Assembly: GCA_036741715.1 (NCBI GenBank)
Contig: DAINRR010000006.1
Span: 11,106 to 75,105 of the forward strand
DNA from: Gemmatimonadales bacterium
GTDB lineage: Bacteria > Gemmatimonadota > Gemmatimonadetes > Gemmatimonadales > GWC2-71-9
Reading direction: 5' to 3'
Length of the DNA stretch: 64,000 bases
Position numbers and translations under genes: made by a program. A model generated the notes under the pieces. That model was not told the DNA's origin. It made no database searches and was given only the letters and a program-made list of their open reading frames with translations. Below are positions 37,757 through 47,569 of the stretch, piece by piece (the first letter of the stretch is position 1; every line of letters starts with the position of its first letter).

Positions 37757-38347
37757 TCAGCCTCCCTGCCGATCCAGGATCGGAAGGTATGCCCGCCACG
37801 GGCCTACCCCTTCACGATACCGCTTCGCCATCACGCGCGCGACCTGCGCGACGTGTCCCAGGTCGTGGACGACCCAGGCTGCGAGAAGCTGCCTGAGCGT
37901 CACCGGGCCGAAATCGGGATGGATTCCCTCCAGCTCCAGCTGCGCGTCCGTGAGCCGCCAGGCGCGCAAGGTCTCCAGATTCGCCGCCCGCAGCGCGGTG
38001 AACTCGTCGAGCAGGTCAGGAAGCGATTTCCCCCGGCTTTCGTGGAACTGGGCGAACCGGTCGTATGGCGTGAACCGCCGGTCCGCGCCCTGCTCGAGCA
38101 CGATCCGCGCACGAGGGAGCCAGTCGGTGCGCTCGCCATGAATGAGGTGGCCGACCACGACGAAGGGACTCCATCCATCGGGGCCTTCGGTCGCGTCGAC
38201 CCACCCCGCCGGAAGTCCCTCGAGCAAGGCGCGCAGCGACGGCGGGGTGCGCTGCAGCACGGGCAGGCCATCGGTCAGCTCGAAGCGCATCACGTCGCTC
38301 CTCCCGGAGATACGGATCGGCCCCTCCGTCACTGCAGGATCGATCAT
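37757..38347 (-). CDS. DinB family protein
   Basis: 196-aa ORF with WSPFVVVGHLIHGERTDW and LLAAWVVHDLGHVAQVARVM, the conserved His triad pattern. Confidence 0.85.
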   Translation of the reverse strand: MIDPAVTEGPIRISGRSDVMRFELTDGLPVLQRTPPSLRALLEGLPAGWVDATEGPDGWSPFVVVGHLIHGERTDWLPRARIVLEQGADRRFTPYDRFAQFHESRGKSLPDLLDEFTALRAANLETLRAWRLTDAQLELEGIHPDFGPVTLRQLLAAWVVHDLGHVAQVARVMAKRYREGVGPWRAYLPILDRQGG

Positions 38348-38353
38348 GTCTGA

Positions 38354-39217
38354 CTACTCATCCGCGGGAGCCGGGGGAAAGAGCCGGCGGAATGCCCGCA
38401 GGGCCGCCGGGTGGTAGATGGTGGCGTGCGACTCCTCGGGCATCGGCGCGTGGTGCACGGTCACTCCGCCCTCGTGCGCCCTGACGAGCTCGGCGAGGCG
38501 AGCCGTCAACCGGGCGATTTCCACTTCACCGCTGCTCGCGAGGTAGAGTGTGCGGCCCGGAGTCCGGGTCCGCGCTTCGGCCCGCTCCAGGAGTTTGCCA
38601 CCATTCCACCAGAGACTCGGATCGAACGCGATCCAGGTGTCGAAAAGATCGGGCTCCAGGAAGTATGTCTCCACGATGAAGAGCCCTGCGAGCGATTCGC
38701 CGATGATCGCCGTCTCGTCCGTCGTCCGATAGCGGGCACGCACCGCCGGCATCAACTCGGTCCGGATGAACCGGCGGAACGCCTCGGACCCACCGACCAC
38801 GGGAGCGATCCGCCGGTCCTCCTCGCGGTCGGTCGGTCCGGTCAGGTCCCGGCGACGGGCCGTGTTCTCGATGCCGACAAGAATGAACGGGCGCATCGTT
38901 CCGTTGCCGGCGGACACCTGCACCAGCCCGGCGACATGGAGGAAATCTTCGGCGAGGCCGCCATCCGGCATGTAGAGAACGGGGAGATGGGCCGTGTCTC
39001 CATAGGCCGCCGGCAGGTAGACGTTGATCCGCCGCTCCTCGCCGAGCACCTTCGACGGAAGGGTGAACGTCTCGCCTATCGCAAGGGGGGCAGTAGCGGC
39101 ACGAGCGTGCGCGGCATCATTCAGGGCCTGGGCCCTCACCGGGGCGGGGTGTGCGGCCACTATCAGGGCGAGCAGCGCTGCCGGCCTCCGGGCGGCGAAT
39201 GAGGCCGGGCTAATCAT
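38354..39217 (-). CDS. Secreted alpha/beta hydrolase (putative esterase family)
   Basis: ORF 38354..39373 trimmed to MISPASF with signal peptide ALLALIVAAHPAPVRAQ. Motifs INVYLPAAY, PVLYMPDG and nucleophile elbow GESLAG. An alternative start lies at 39235. Confidence 0.8.
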   Translation of the reverse strand: MISPASFAARRPAALLALIVAAHPAPVRAQALNDAAHARAATAPLAIGETFTLPSKVLGEERRINVYLPAAYGDTAHLPVLYMPDGGLAEDFLHVAGLVQVSAGNGTMRPFILVGIENTARRRDLTGPTDREEDRRIAPVVGGSEAFRRFIRTELMPAVRARYRTTDETAIIGESLAGLFIVETYFLEPDLFDTWIAFDPSLWWNGGKLLERAEARTRTPGRTLYLASSGEVEIARLTARLAELVRAHEGGVTVHHAPMPEESHATIYHPAALRAFRRLFPPAPADE

Positions 39218-39623
39218 TCCGCGCTCCCGCGACATCCGGGGCCGTGGAGTGCCCGAAGCAGAGACGGTACCCGTTGCAGTCGTCGATCTCGAAGTCGCGG
39301 CACCCGTAGATCTGGTCGCAGATGTCGCGCGCCACGACGACGCCCCTGGCCTCGAACTCGGCGAGCAGCGCATCGGCGTCGTTCACCCAGACATAGGCGT
39401 CCCACGCGCCACCCTCGGGATCGACGGTCCGGTTCGGCCGCATGGCTCCGCGGCGCTCCAGTTGCGCGAGCATGATGACGACACCGCTGCGCCAGACCAT
39501 GCAGAAGGAGGGGGGATCGCCCCAGAAGCGATCGTAGCGGAAGCCGAGGCGGTCGCGATAGTCGTCCGCGCTCGCCACGACATCGTCGACGATGAAATAG
39601 GGGGCAATGCTCCAGTCAGTCAT
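39210..39623 (-). CDS. VOC/glyoxalase-bleomycin-resistance family protein
   Basis: ORF 39210..39731 trimmed to MTDWSIAPYFIVDDVVASADDYRDRLGF. Also carries DAYVWVNDADALLAEF and RDFEIDDCNGYRLCFG. Confidence 0.8.
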   Translation of the reverse strand: MTDWSIAPYFIVDDVVASADDYRDRLGFRYDRFWGDPPSFCMVWRSGVVIMLAQLERRGAMRPNRTVDPEGGAWDAYVWVNDADALLAEFEARGVVVARDICDQIYGCRDFEIDDCNGYRLCFGHSTAPDVAGARND

Positions 39624-40158
39624 GTCCGCTCGCTCGTTGGGGATCCTGCGGGAGAAAGGCGGCGCGCTCGAGCCCGTACACGACCGATTCCCGCCCGTTC
39701 TCCTCGATCCGTGAGCCGATGAGGGTCGCACCGATTTTCTCGACCGCGCGCCTCGACCGGAGATTGCGTGGGCCGATGACGAAGATCACGCGATCGACGA
39801 AGCCGAAGGCATGGTCGAGCATCAGCCGCTTCATCTCGCCGTTGTAGCGCCCGCCCCAGTACGCCCGCGCGAGGAAGGTCCAGCCGATCTCGACTTCCCG
39901 CTTGAGCGGATCATACCCGTGATACCGGGACGACCCGATGATGGCGCCGGTGCGGCGATCGATGGCGACGAGTCCGCCGCCGGATTCCAGACCGGTCCGG
40001 AAGAAATCCCGGAAGACCTCCACCTTGTACCGGTCACGCACCGGATGCTGCTCCCAGATGAGGGGATCCGCGGCCACGGCGTGAAGCGCGTCGAAATCGT
40101 CGGGCCGGAGCGGGCGAAGCTCGAGGAGCTCGCCGCGAAGGACGGGCTGCAGGTTCAC
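39616..40158 (-). CDS. GNAT family N-acetyltransferase (RimJ/RimL-like)
   Basis: 180-aa ORF with LRGELLELRPLRPDDFDAL, VEIGWTFLARAYWGGRYNGEMKRLML and SRRAVEKIGA. Confidence 0.85.
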   Translation of the reverse strand: MNLQPVLRGELLELRPLRPDDFDALHAVAADPLIWEQHPVRDRYKVEVFRDFFRTGLESGGGLVAIDRRTGAIIGSSRYHGYDPLKREVEIGWTFLARAYWGGRYNGEMKRLMLDHAFGFVDRVIFVIGPRNLRSRRAVEKIGATLIGSRIEENGRESVVYGLERAAFLPQDPQRASGHD

Positions 40159-40209
40159 TGGCGGCGCCGCGCGAGGGTGCGCGAGAGTCGTCGGATTACC
40201 ACGTCCCCC

Positions 40210-40716
40210 TCAATCCGGCAGACGCTCCAGCGTGTACACGCGCTGCTGCGGATTTCCGGCGGCATCGCGCGACTCGAGTGTCGCCGTCCAGCTGTCCGGC
40301 GTCGACCGGCGCCAGGTGAAGGCGCGGCCCGCATGCTCCACCGACTCGAACCGCCAGCTCGTGGAGTCGAATGCGGTGACATGCCATTCGGGATCGTCGA
40401 CAGGGTCGAGCACCTTGCCGTCGCGCAGACCGATCCGGGTGGAATCGCTCACGGAACCGAGCGTGGAATCGCTGAACGAAAGGCGGAGCAGAGTCGAATC
40501 GTCCACGAACCGGTAACGCTCATGGAAGGGATCGACGCCCCCACCCGTGCCGCGCCACGTTCCCTCGATCCAGCGGAAGGTCTCGAAATCAGCGGCCGTC
40601 ACAGTCGCCGGGGTAGCCCGCTCCGCGGGTCGCGAGGCCCCGGAGCCTTTGGCCGGCGAATCGGCCGGCTGGCAGGCGAGAACCAGTGCCAGCGGCGCGA
40701 TGTACCTTATCGTCAC
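40210..40716 (-). CDS. Hypothetical lipoprotein
   Basis: C-terminal 168 aa of ORF 40210..41133. GTG start 5 nt after AGGAGG. Lipobox LALVLAC. Confidence 0.6.
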   Translation of the reverse strand: MTIRYIAPLALVLACQPADSPAKGSGASRPAERATPATVTAADFETFRWIEGTWRGTGGGVDPFHERYRFVDDSTLLRLSFSDSTLGSVSDSTRIGLRDGKVLDPVDDPEWHVTAFDSTSWRFESVEHAGRAFTWRRSTPDSWTATLESRDAAGNPQQRVYTLERLPD

Positions 40717-40889
40717 GATCCCCTCCTGTCGTGGGCGGCCCGCACCGCCCGAAAGCCGATCGTCATCGGCGCGCGATGCTCCGCGCCATGGCGCGGAGCG
40801 CGGCCCAGTGAAACGGCGCGAGCAGCAGCGAAGGACTTTCGGGCAATTCCCCGCAGCCGCCAGGTCGATCAGGGCGAAGACGACGCGCG

Positions 40890-41510
40890 TCATATGCGGA
40901 GCGTCCCTGCCGCACTCGACTCTGCCCCAGGCACGCCATCGTGCTCGGCGGTGACGCCACGTCGCCGCTCCGCGACCCGGCGGAGGTGGTGCGCCGTGTG
41001 ATAGACGCTGAAGGCCACCATCTCCCGCACCGTCAGGAGGCCGAGCACCGGATGCGGAAGGCGGTACCGGTCGAGCGATCGTTCCGCCCAACGATCCACA
41101 GCGCCTCCCAACGCCCGGTTCGCCGCCCGCCATTCGGCGATCACCTCCGCACGACCGGCCTCCGCGTCCGGTGGTATCGGCTTCGCGCGGGGCGAGAAAC
41201 GGCCCGCCTGCGCACCTGCCGCGAGGCCTGCAAGGTAGCGATCACGCAGATGCGCGAAATCCGGCGAGGGTCCCCGGTGAAGTCCGAAGCGGAATGCGAG
41301 CACGATCCGCGGGGCCGCGAGCGCACGCGCAACCGGTCGCGCCGATTTCGCGAGATGCCTCGCGTGCTCGGCGGGCGACCATGCGGCACGCTGCGGCTCG
41401 AAGAACTCGGCACCCGGAATCGAGCCCCAGAACGCCGCTCCATCGACGTCGAGCCGGCGGAGCGCCTCGACGAGATCGCTCCCCGCATACGGCTCACCAG
41501 TCTCGAACAT
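40890..41510 (-). CDS. DinB_2-type family protein
   Basis: 206-aa ORF with WSPAEHARHLAKS and MVAFSVYHTAHHLRRV. Confidence 0.8.
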   Translation of the reverse strand: MFETGEPYAGSDLVEALRRLDVDGAAFWGSIPGAEFFEPQRAAWSPAEHARHLAKSARPVARALAAPRIVLAFRFGLHRGPSPDFAHLRDRYLAGLAAGAQAGRFSPRAKPIPPDAEAGRAEVIAEWRAANRALGGAVDRWAERSLDRYRLPHPVLGLLTVREMVAFSVYHTAHHLRRVAERRRGVTAEHDGVPGAESSAAGTLRI

Positions 41511-42524
41511 CTACGGCGCCTCGACGGCCACCGCGCCACTCGGCCAGTGACCGGTGAGGAAGCGATCGACGGCCGGAAAGAATCGGTCCGGCGCCTCGAC
41601 GTACGGGAAATGCCCGACCCCGTCCAGCACGAGCAGGCGGCTCTCCGGGAGCGTGGCGGCCCATTCCCGCGCATACTCCAGAAGGAGCGGATCCTCGCTC
41701 CCGTGAATCACCAGCGTCGGAGCGCGCACGTTCCGCATCATGGCGCGCCAGTCGAACCGCCCGAGCGACGGAAATACGAAGCGGTCCACGCTCGCCATCT
41801 TGTTCCGCATCGATTCGGGCGATCCGGCGCAGACGTCGCCCCGGCTCCTCCGTGCGGCGCCCGCGTCGGCGAAGAACGGCCGGAACCAGATCGCGTAATA
41901 GGCACGGCAGGCGGCGTGGTCGGCCGGATCCGCCTGCCGCGCGGCCATCGCCGCCTCCATGCGTGTCACTTCCGCGGTGTCCCGAGCCGACCGCATCATG
42001 GCGAACGACTCCTCGAGCCCAGCCATCGTGAGCGGAATGCCGGCCACGATCAGGAGCCGGCCGAGGCGCTCGGGATATCTCTGCGCATAGAGCGCGACCA
42101 CCGCAGCGCCCCAGGAATGGCCCAGGAGGTTGACTCGCTCCAGGCGGAGGTGGCGGCGAACGGCCTCGAGATCGTCGGCGAAGAGCTCCGCTGCGAGCGC
42201 GGCCGAATCTGCGATCAGCGTGGACCGTCCGGTGCCGCGCTGGTCGTAGAAGACGAGCGCGTGGCGCGCAGCGAGTGGCTCGAAATCGGTGGCGAGGTAA
42301 TCGAACGTGAATCCGGGACCGCCGTGGACGACGATGAGCGTATCGGGGCCGTGCCCCGCGATGCGGTATCCGAGGCGCACGCCGCGCCCTGCTTCGAGAT
42401 GCCCTTCGCTCACCGCGGCCCGCGCTGACATCGCCGGCACTGCAGCGGCGCCGCCAGTCCGTGCGCACGCGGATGCCAACCCGCCAAGCAGCAGCAGAGA
42501 CGCGGCACGCGTCGCTGCATTCAT
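41511..42524 (-). CDS. Secreted alpha/beta hydrolase (proline iminopeptidase-like)
   Basis: 337-aa ORF with a signal peptide. Motifs LIVVHGGPG, FYDQRGTGRS, nucleophile elbow GHSWGA, and the GSEDP plus GHFPY tail. Confidence 0.85.
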   Translation of the reverse strand: MNAATRAASLLLLGGLASACARTGGAAAVPAMSARAAVSEGHLEAGRGVRLGYRIAGHGPDTLIVVHGGPGFTFDYLATDFEPLAARHALVFYDQRGTGRSTLIADSAALAAELFADDLEAVRRHLRLERVNLLGHSWGAAVVALYAQRYPERLGRLLIVAGIPLTMAGLEESFAMMRSARDTAEVTRMEAAMAARQADPADHAACRAYYAIWFRPFFADAGAARRSRGDVCAGSPESMRNKMASVDRFVFPSLGRFDWRAMMRNVRAPTLVIHGSEDPLLLEYAREWAATLPESRLLVLDGVGHFPYVEAPDRFFPAVDRFLTGHWPSGAVAVEAP

Positions 42525-42570
42525 GACACGGACCTGGGCCAGGGGTACGCGGCGCGGCGTGGCGCGCCTG

Positions 42571-42936
42571 TCATACGTGCTGATCCACGAGAATCACGTT
42601 CCCGTCCGGATCCGCGAGCATGAAATGCGCCGGCCCCGTCGAAGTCTCATCCGCCTCCACGGTCAGGGTCACGCCGTCGTTCTTCAGCCGGCGCTGCAGT
42701 TCGCGCACGTCGGTGAATTTCTCCACCGGCTGCGCCTCCTTGTTCCACCCCGGGTTGAACGTGAGGATATTCGTGTCGAACATGCCCTCGAAGATCCCGA
42801 TCGTGTGGTCGCCGTTGCGCAGGATCTGCCATTTTGCGCCGCCACCGAGTGCCTTGAATCCGAGCTTTTCATAGAACTGCCGCGACGCCTCGATGTTCCT
42901 GACGGCGAGGCTGACCGAGAACGCGCCGAGATCCAT
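42571..42936 (-). CDS. VOC/glyoxalase family protein
   Basis: ORF 42571..42978 trimmed to MDLGAFSVSLAVRNIEASRQFYEKLGF. Also carries HFMLADPDGNVILVDQH. Confidence 0.8.
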   Translation of the reverse strand: MDLGAFSVSLAVRNIEASRQFYEKLGFKALGGGAKWQILRNGDHTIGIFEGMFDTNILTFNPGWNKEAQPVEKFTDVRELQRRLKNDGVTLTVEADETSTGPAHFMLADPDGNVILVDQHV

Positions 42937-43107
42937 ACATGCCTCGCAGATGGGTTCGTGCCACGTGGTGGAATGCACCGGGAAGCCGTTTGAGTTTGCA
43001 CGCGGATTGAACGACTTGCAACGTTGCGGCCCATGGGCCGATATCGCGGACTCGAGACCGTGCGTTCAGGAACGAAACACGCGCCCCGCAACGAGCCGGG
43101 AGTCGCT

Positions 43108-43614
43108 ATGTTAGCCGTCGCCCCCAACTCTCGAGGACCCGTGCGCACACCCTTCGCCTCGTTCGCGGTCGCGCTCCTGATCGGCGTCACTCCGCTCTCG
43201 GCTCAACAATTCGGCCCCCAGCCGGATTCCGCGGCGCAGCGCGAGATCCTGCAACTCCGCGAGCAGGCGTGGCGGACGTGGTTCGCCAACGATCGCGCCG
43301 GGTTCGAGCAGGTCGTGCCGGACGAGCTCATCGCGCTCGGCTGGGATGGCGGCCCCTGGGGAGATCGCCAGCAGACCCTGGCCGACATGGCGAGTTTCGC
43401 GACACGCGGCATGAGGCTCACCGAGCTCGAGTTCCCGCGGAATGTCTTTCAGCAGTATGGCGATGCAGTGGTCCTGTATACCCGCTTCCGGCTGGTCCTC
43501 ACCGACGGCGAGGGCATCGAGCACGAGACCGTGGGCCGCGGCACCGAGATCTTCGTCCGCCGGAACGACCGCTGGGTCCACACGGGCTGGCATCTCGACA
43601 AGGTCCCGGACTGA
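43108..43614 (+). CDS. SnoaL-like/DUF4440 (NTF2 fold) secreted protein
   Basis: ORF 43024..43614 trimmed to the Met before the signal peptide FAVALLIGVTPLSAQQ. Motifs REILQLREQAWRTWFANDRAGFEQVV and TEIFVRRNDRWVHTGWH. Confidence 0.75.
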   Translation: MLAVAPNSRGPVRTPFASFAVALLIGVTPLSAQQFGPQPDSAAQREILQLREQAWRTWFANDRAGFEQVVPDELIALGWDGGPWGDRQQTLADMASFATRGMRLTELEFPRNVFQQYGDAVVLYTRFRLVLTDGEGIEHETVGRGTEIFVRRNDRWVHTGWHLDKVPD

Positions 43615-43641
43615 GGCTTTGTAATCCGACTCCTGGCCCCG

Positions 43642-44457
43642 TCACCGCTGACGCGTCACGGTGATGGGCTTGAACATGCCGAGAGCAACGTGCGGCTCGT
43701 CCGAGCGGGGGTCGGCTATCAGGCACGTCAAGAGGTAGTCCCCGGGCTCCAGGTCGAGCCGCAGGTAGGCCGTGCCTCCGGGGCCCAACCTCGCAACTCC
43801 CGCGACCTCTTCTACCAGTCTGCCCTTTCTCTCGGCATCAAGCCACGCGCGCACCGACGCTCCCGGTTTGAACCGCGCGAGCCTGAGCTGATGATCCTGG
43901 GACCCAGCGTTTTCGACTCTCAGCATGTGTGCGCCTGGGGGCCAGGTCGTGTTCAGGTGATAGGCGAATTCCGTCATGCGGACCGTATCGGTCGCCGTGG
44001 GCATTTCACCCTCAGGCTCGCCCGTAACCACCACCACGCTCGCCTCACCCAGACTCGCGTGTCGGCGGCCCTCGCGATCGCGCCGCACGCACCCGAACAC
44101 GTGGACGCCTGGCCTCAGGTCCAGCACCACCTCACCTGTGTCTCCGACTTCGGGGCCCCCAAGCGCCAGGGCACCCGCCGGCGTCATGGACGCCGTGTCG
44201 AGCGCCGCAATAAAGCGTTCCGGGTCCGCCATAGCACCGGTGTCGGCGAGCCGGAACGCGACGACGATGTGCCCCGCTCCATCTTCCTCGACCCGCACAC
44301 GCCTCCACCCGGGCGGCACCGAATCGTCCACGTCGATCACCCCGGCGCGGACGGCCACGAGAATCGGCCTCGCAGCGGGACCCTGCGTAACCTCGGCACA
44401 TGAGAGGGCCGCGACGGCCGACGACGCGTACAATGCGGCGCTGAAGCGGAGACGCAC
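43642..44457 (-). CDS. Secreted two-domain protein, cupredoxin-like (tentative)
   Basis: 271-aa ORF with a signal peptide. It has two related domains. The second ends with GDYLLTCLIADPRSDEPHVALGMFKPITV, a Cys...His...Met spacing reminiscent of type-1 Cu sites. Confidence 0.6.
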   Translation of the reverse strand: MRLRFSAALYASSAVAALSCAEVTQGPAARPILVAVRAGVIDVDDSVPPGWRRVRVEEDGAGHIVVAFRLADTGAMADPERFIAALDTASMTPAGALALGGPEVGDTGEVVLDLRPGVHVFGCVRRDREGRRHASLGEASVVVVTGEPEGEMPTATDTVRMTEFAYHLNTTWPPGAHMLRVENAGSQDHQLRLARFKPGASVRAWLDAERKGRLVEEVAGVARLGPGGTAYLRLDLEPGDYLLTCLIADPRSDEPHVALGMFKPITVTRQR

Positions 44458-44635
44458 GGCATTGACCTTTCTGCCTGCGGAACGCGGTCACCCGCACCGA
44501 AATTTCCGGCGCCCGACTTTATCGCTGCGAACGGCATGTCGGGTCGGAGCCACCCTTCACGCACTTCTCCTGTCATCCCTGACCAGCTCGCCGGCGACCG
44601 GCAGCCGACATCCATGATCATCGAGGAGAAGCACC

Positions 44636-45205
44636 GTGAACGTCCTGAGACTGCGGATTCGCCAGACGCTCGTTCCTGCGCTGATCGCGCTCGCCGGCTG
44701 CGCCACCGAGGCGCCGCTCGGCCCTGAACAATCCGTTTCGCTTGCCGCTGCCCCCGCAGCCGACCGGGGACCCGATCTCGGCGCCTGCGACAGCCTTCGC
44801 GCTCCCGAGGGAAGTATCCTCGCGTTTCACGCGTACGCCAGTGGCGTACAGGTCTATCGGTGGACCGAAGGCGCGTGGGTCTTCAGCGGGCCGATCGCGA
44901 CGCTCTACGCCGATGCCGGAGGCCACGGCATCGTCGGTACCCACTTCGGCGGGCCGACATGGAAGGGAAACAGCGGCGGCTTCATCGTCGGAGAGCTGAG
45001 CAAGCGCTGTGACGTCGCGCCGGCCGACATCCCCTGGCTGTTGCTGAACGTGGTACGGAACGAGGGGCCAGGCGTCTTTCGCGGCGTGACGCACATCCAG
45101 CGGGTCAATACGGCCGGCGGCCAGTTCCCGACGGGAAGCGGCTTCCCGGGAGAGGTGCGGAACGTCCCCTACACCGCCGAGTACTACTTCTATCGGGCGC
45201 CCTGA
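44636..45205 (+). CDS. DUF3455 domain lipoprotein
   Basis: 189-aa ORF with a GTG start after GAGGAG. Lipobox LIALAGC. Motifs GVQVYRW, GPTWKGNSGG and HIQRVNTAGG. Confidence 0.7.
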   Translation: MNVLRLRIRQTLVPALIALAGCATEAPLGPEQSVSLAAAPAADRGPDLGACDSLRAPEGSILAFHAYASGVQVYRWTEGAWVFSGPIATLYADAGGHGIVGTHFGGPTWKGNSGGFIVGELSKRCDVAPADIPWLLLNVVRNEGPGVFRGVTHIQRVNTAGGQFPTGSGFPGEVRNVPYTAEYYFYRAP

Positions 45206-45217
45206 CGTCGCGGAGTA

Positions 45218-45625
45218 TCAGGCAGGAAGGAACTCGAGCGTTGCGGCCTCACGCGCGGGCTCCGCAAAGCCACGCACCCATTTCCCGGAGGCCTTCGTCG
45301 GGTACTTGACGGCGTAGGCCTCCGAGACCGCGCGCCTGAGCCACTCGCTTCGCACCGGACGGGCTCGAACCCGACGCTCGCGATCGCCGAACACGATCGA
45401 CCCGCACGGCTCGGCGCAGAATGCACGGTACCAGCCGGTCGGCTTGTCGTTCCACGTGCGGACGAAGACCCGGCGCTCGACGACGACGACCCACACCGGG
45501 GTATGGCGGTGAGCCGCGCCTGCCCGGACGCCCAGGATCTTTGCGCCGGCGAGGAGCGTGAGATCGCGACTCGAGAAAGGAGCGGCCGCGGTTATCCCCC
45601 CTTCCGGGTGGCTACGCCGAAGCAA
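45218..45625 (-). CDS. DUF2255 family protein
   Basis: 135-aa ORF with [28 protein letters not shown] and [17 protein letters not shown]. The start is uncertain because it overlaps the upstream gene by 34 nt. Confidence 0.65.
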   Translation of the reverse strand: MLRRSHPEGGITAAAPFSSRDLTLLAGAKILGVRAGAAHRHTPVWVVVVERRVFVRTWNDKPTGWYRAFCAEPCGSIVFGDRERRVRARPVRSEWLRRAVSEAYAVKYPTKASGKWVRGFAEPAREAATLEFLPA

Positions 45626-45990
45626 TGTGAATAGCCGTCATCGTCCGTGACGAAGAACTCCGCCTGGCCGTAGTCGCGCTCCTCGACCGCCGACGTGGCG
45701 AATCCCAGGCTTTCCAGGCGCGTCCGCAACTCGTGAAGATCGCGTGGTGCCCAGTAGAGACGGAGCCCTTCGCAGCCTGTCGGCAGCTTCGACGCGCCTT
45801 CGCGCTGATTGAGCCAGAAGGTCAGTTCCCCGCCTTCCAGCATGCAACCGACGAGCCGCCCATCGATCCGCATCGGCCGACTCACGGTGAAACCGAGGCC
45901 ATCCACCCAGAACCGGAGGCTCCGCTCGAGGTCCGCGCTCGGAACGACGGGTGTGCACCCCCTGACCTGCACTGCGGAATCCTGCGCCAT
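45592..45990 (-). CDS. VOC/glyoxalase family protein
   Basis: 132-aa ORF with [23 protein letters not shown] and [15 protein letters not shown]. Confidence 0.8.
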   Translation of the reverse strand: MAQDSAVQVRGCTPVVPSADLERSLRFWVDGLGFTVSRPMRIDGRLVGCMLEGGELTFWLNQREGASKLPTGCEGLRLYWAPRDLHELRTRLESLGFATSAVEERDYGQAEFFVTDDDGYSHCFGVATRKGG

Positions 45991-46008
45991 CGTCGTGACC
46001 TCTTCTCG

Positions 46009-46902
46009 TCAGCGCGGCATCCGTGAAGCTGCCTTCATCGCGGCTTCGACCATGGCCCGTTCCTCGGAGCCGAGTGGCTGGAGCGGTCGGCGCGGAGCGC
46101 CACCGGGCAGCCCCAGGAAATCGAGTGCTGCCTTGATCCCGGGCACGCTGAACCGTCCGACCACGGCCTTGTGAAGATCGGCCGCCGCGCCCTGGGCGCG
46201 CGCGCATTCCTCGCGCTCGCCTGACCGCCAGAGCCGGTAGAGCTCCGTGCATCCGTGCGGTGCGATCGCGGCGAGAGCGAGGATGCCGGCCGAAGCACCG
46301 GCGTCGAGCGCGTCCCGCAGTACCGCGGCAGTTCCGACGATGACCGCGAACTCGTCGGCGCACGTACGCGAGAGCTCGCGAAGTGCAGCGACATCTCCCG
46401 ACGAATCCTTGACGCCGACGATGTTGGGATGCTCCGACAACCGCGCGATGAGCGCCAGGTCGAGGTCGACCGATCGGAACGCGACCGGAACCTGGTAGAG
46501 AATGAGCGGTACGGGAGAGGCGTCGGCCACACGCGTGTAATGATCGAGCAGTGCTGACGGCGTCATCAGCGACCGGAAGAACCCTGGCGGCTGCGCCAGC
46601 ACGGCATCGGCGCCAGCGGCGGCCGCCTCCCTGCAGAGCCGCATCGTGGCCCGCGTGGACTCCGCACCCGTACCCGCAAGCAGGAGGCGATCACCGAGCA
46701 ACTCACGCCCTGCCGCCAGCATCCCGCCGCGCTCGTCCCCGTCGACGAGCACCCCTTCCCCGGTCGACCCGAAAAGCACGAGTCCTGCCAGCGGCGCGTC
46801 GAGGAGGAACCGCGCGCTCAGCCGGAAGGCCGCGACATCGACATCTCCGGACGTCCCGTCGAATGGCGTGGTGGCTGCAGCGAAGATGCCTTTCAGGTCC
46901 AT
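46009..46902 (-). CDS. Dihydrodipicolinate synthase/N-acetylneuraminate lyase (DapA) family lyase
   Basis: ORF 46009..47043 trimmed to MDLKGIFAAATTPF. Motifs GSTGEGVLV, ILYQVP and VGVKDSSGD (Schiff-base Lys context). Substrate is not assignable. Confidence 0.85.
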   Translation of the reverse strand: MDLKGIFAAATTPFDGTSGDVDVAAFRLSARFLLDAPLAGLVLFGSTGEGVLVDGDERGGMLAAGRELLGDRLLLAGTGAESTRATMRLCREAAAAGADAVLAQPPGFFRSLMTPSALLDHYTRVADASPVPLILYQVPVAFRSVDLDLALIARLSEHPNIVGVKDSSGDVAALRELSRTCADEFAVIVGTAAVLRDALDAGASAGILALAAIAPHGCTELYRLWRSGEREECARAQGAAADLHKAVVGRFSVPGIKAALDFLGLPGGAPRRPLQPLGSEERAMVEAAMKAASRMPR

Positions 46903-47043
46903 GCCGTGTCGCTCCGATGACAGAGTCGTCCGATATTGCTCCAGGCGGGCCGGGCACGGCGTCGGCGATGCGACCGATCCGGCCATTTCGCGGAAGTTAC
47001 CGGGCACGGGATCACCCGGCCATGGATCGTCCACGGCGGGCAT

Positions 47044-47553
47044 TCACTCTTCGAGCTGATTCGCTGGTCCCGGTCGCGATTCGACGCGAGGCTGGAGCGC
47101 ATATTCATAGACGGGGAGCTCGCGTGCCTCGCCGAGGACCGGGGCCGCGATCATGCCCACTCGCCGGGCACCACAGCGTTCGTAGAACCCCGCCGCGAAC
47201 GGGTCGGATTCGATTCGCAATCGCCCCGGTCTCCGGCGGGCTGCCCGGCAGGCGACGGCCGAAAACAGCGCACGCCCGACTCCCTGCCCCTGAACATCCG
47301 GTTCCACCCAGAGATGCTCGAGCTCCCAATGTGTGCCTGCATCGCGGACCGCGGCAAAGCCGAGCATGTCGCCGGCCCGTTCGACGATGAGCACCGTATG
47401 CTCGATGAGATAAGCGGCAGAGATCGTGAGCGCCGGGCGCCATGCCTCGAGCCATTCCGGCGGGTATCCCCAGTGCGCCTTTGCCCGCTGGGCCAGGGCT
47501 GACAGCATGCGCGCGTCCGCGGGAACACCTGCTCGCACGACCAGCGCGCTCAT
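47044..47553 (-). CDS. GNAT family N-acetyltransferase
   Basis: 169-aa ORF with LEHLWVEPDVQGQGVGRALF and AAGFYERCGA. Confidence 0.8.
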   Translation of the reverse strand: MSALVVRAGVPADARMLSALAQRAKAHWGYPPEWLEAWRPALTISAAYLIEHTVLIVERAGDMLGFAAVRDAGTHWELEHLWVEPDVQGQGVGRALFSAVACRAARRRPGRLRIESDPFAAGFYERCGARRVGMIAAPVLGEARELPVYEYALQPRVESRPGPANQLEE

Positions 47554-47569
47554 CCGGGAGACAACGCCG

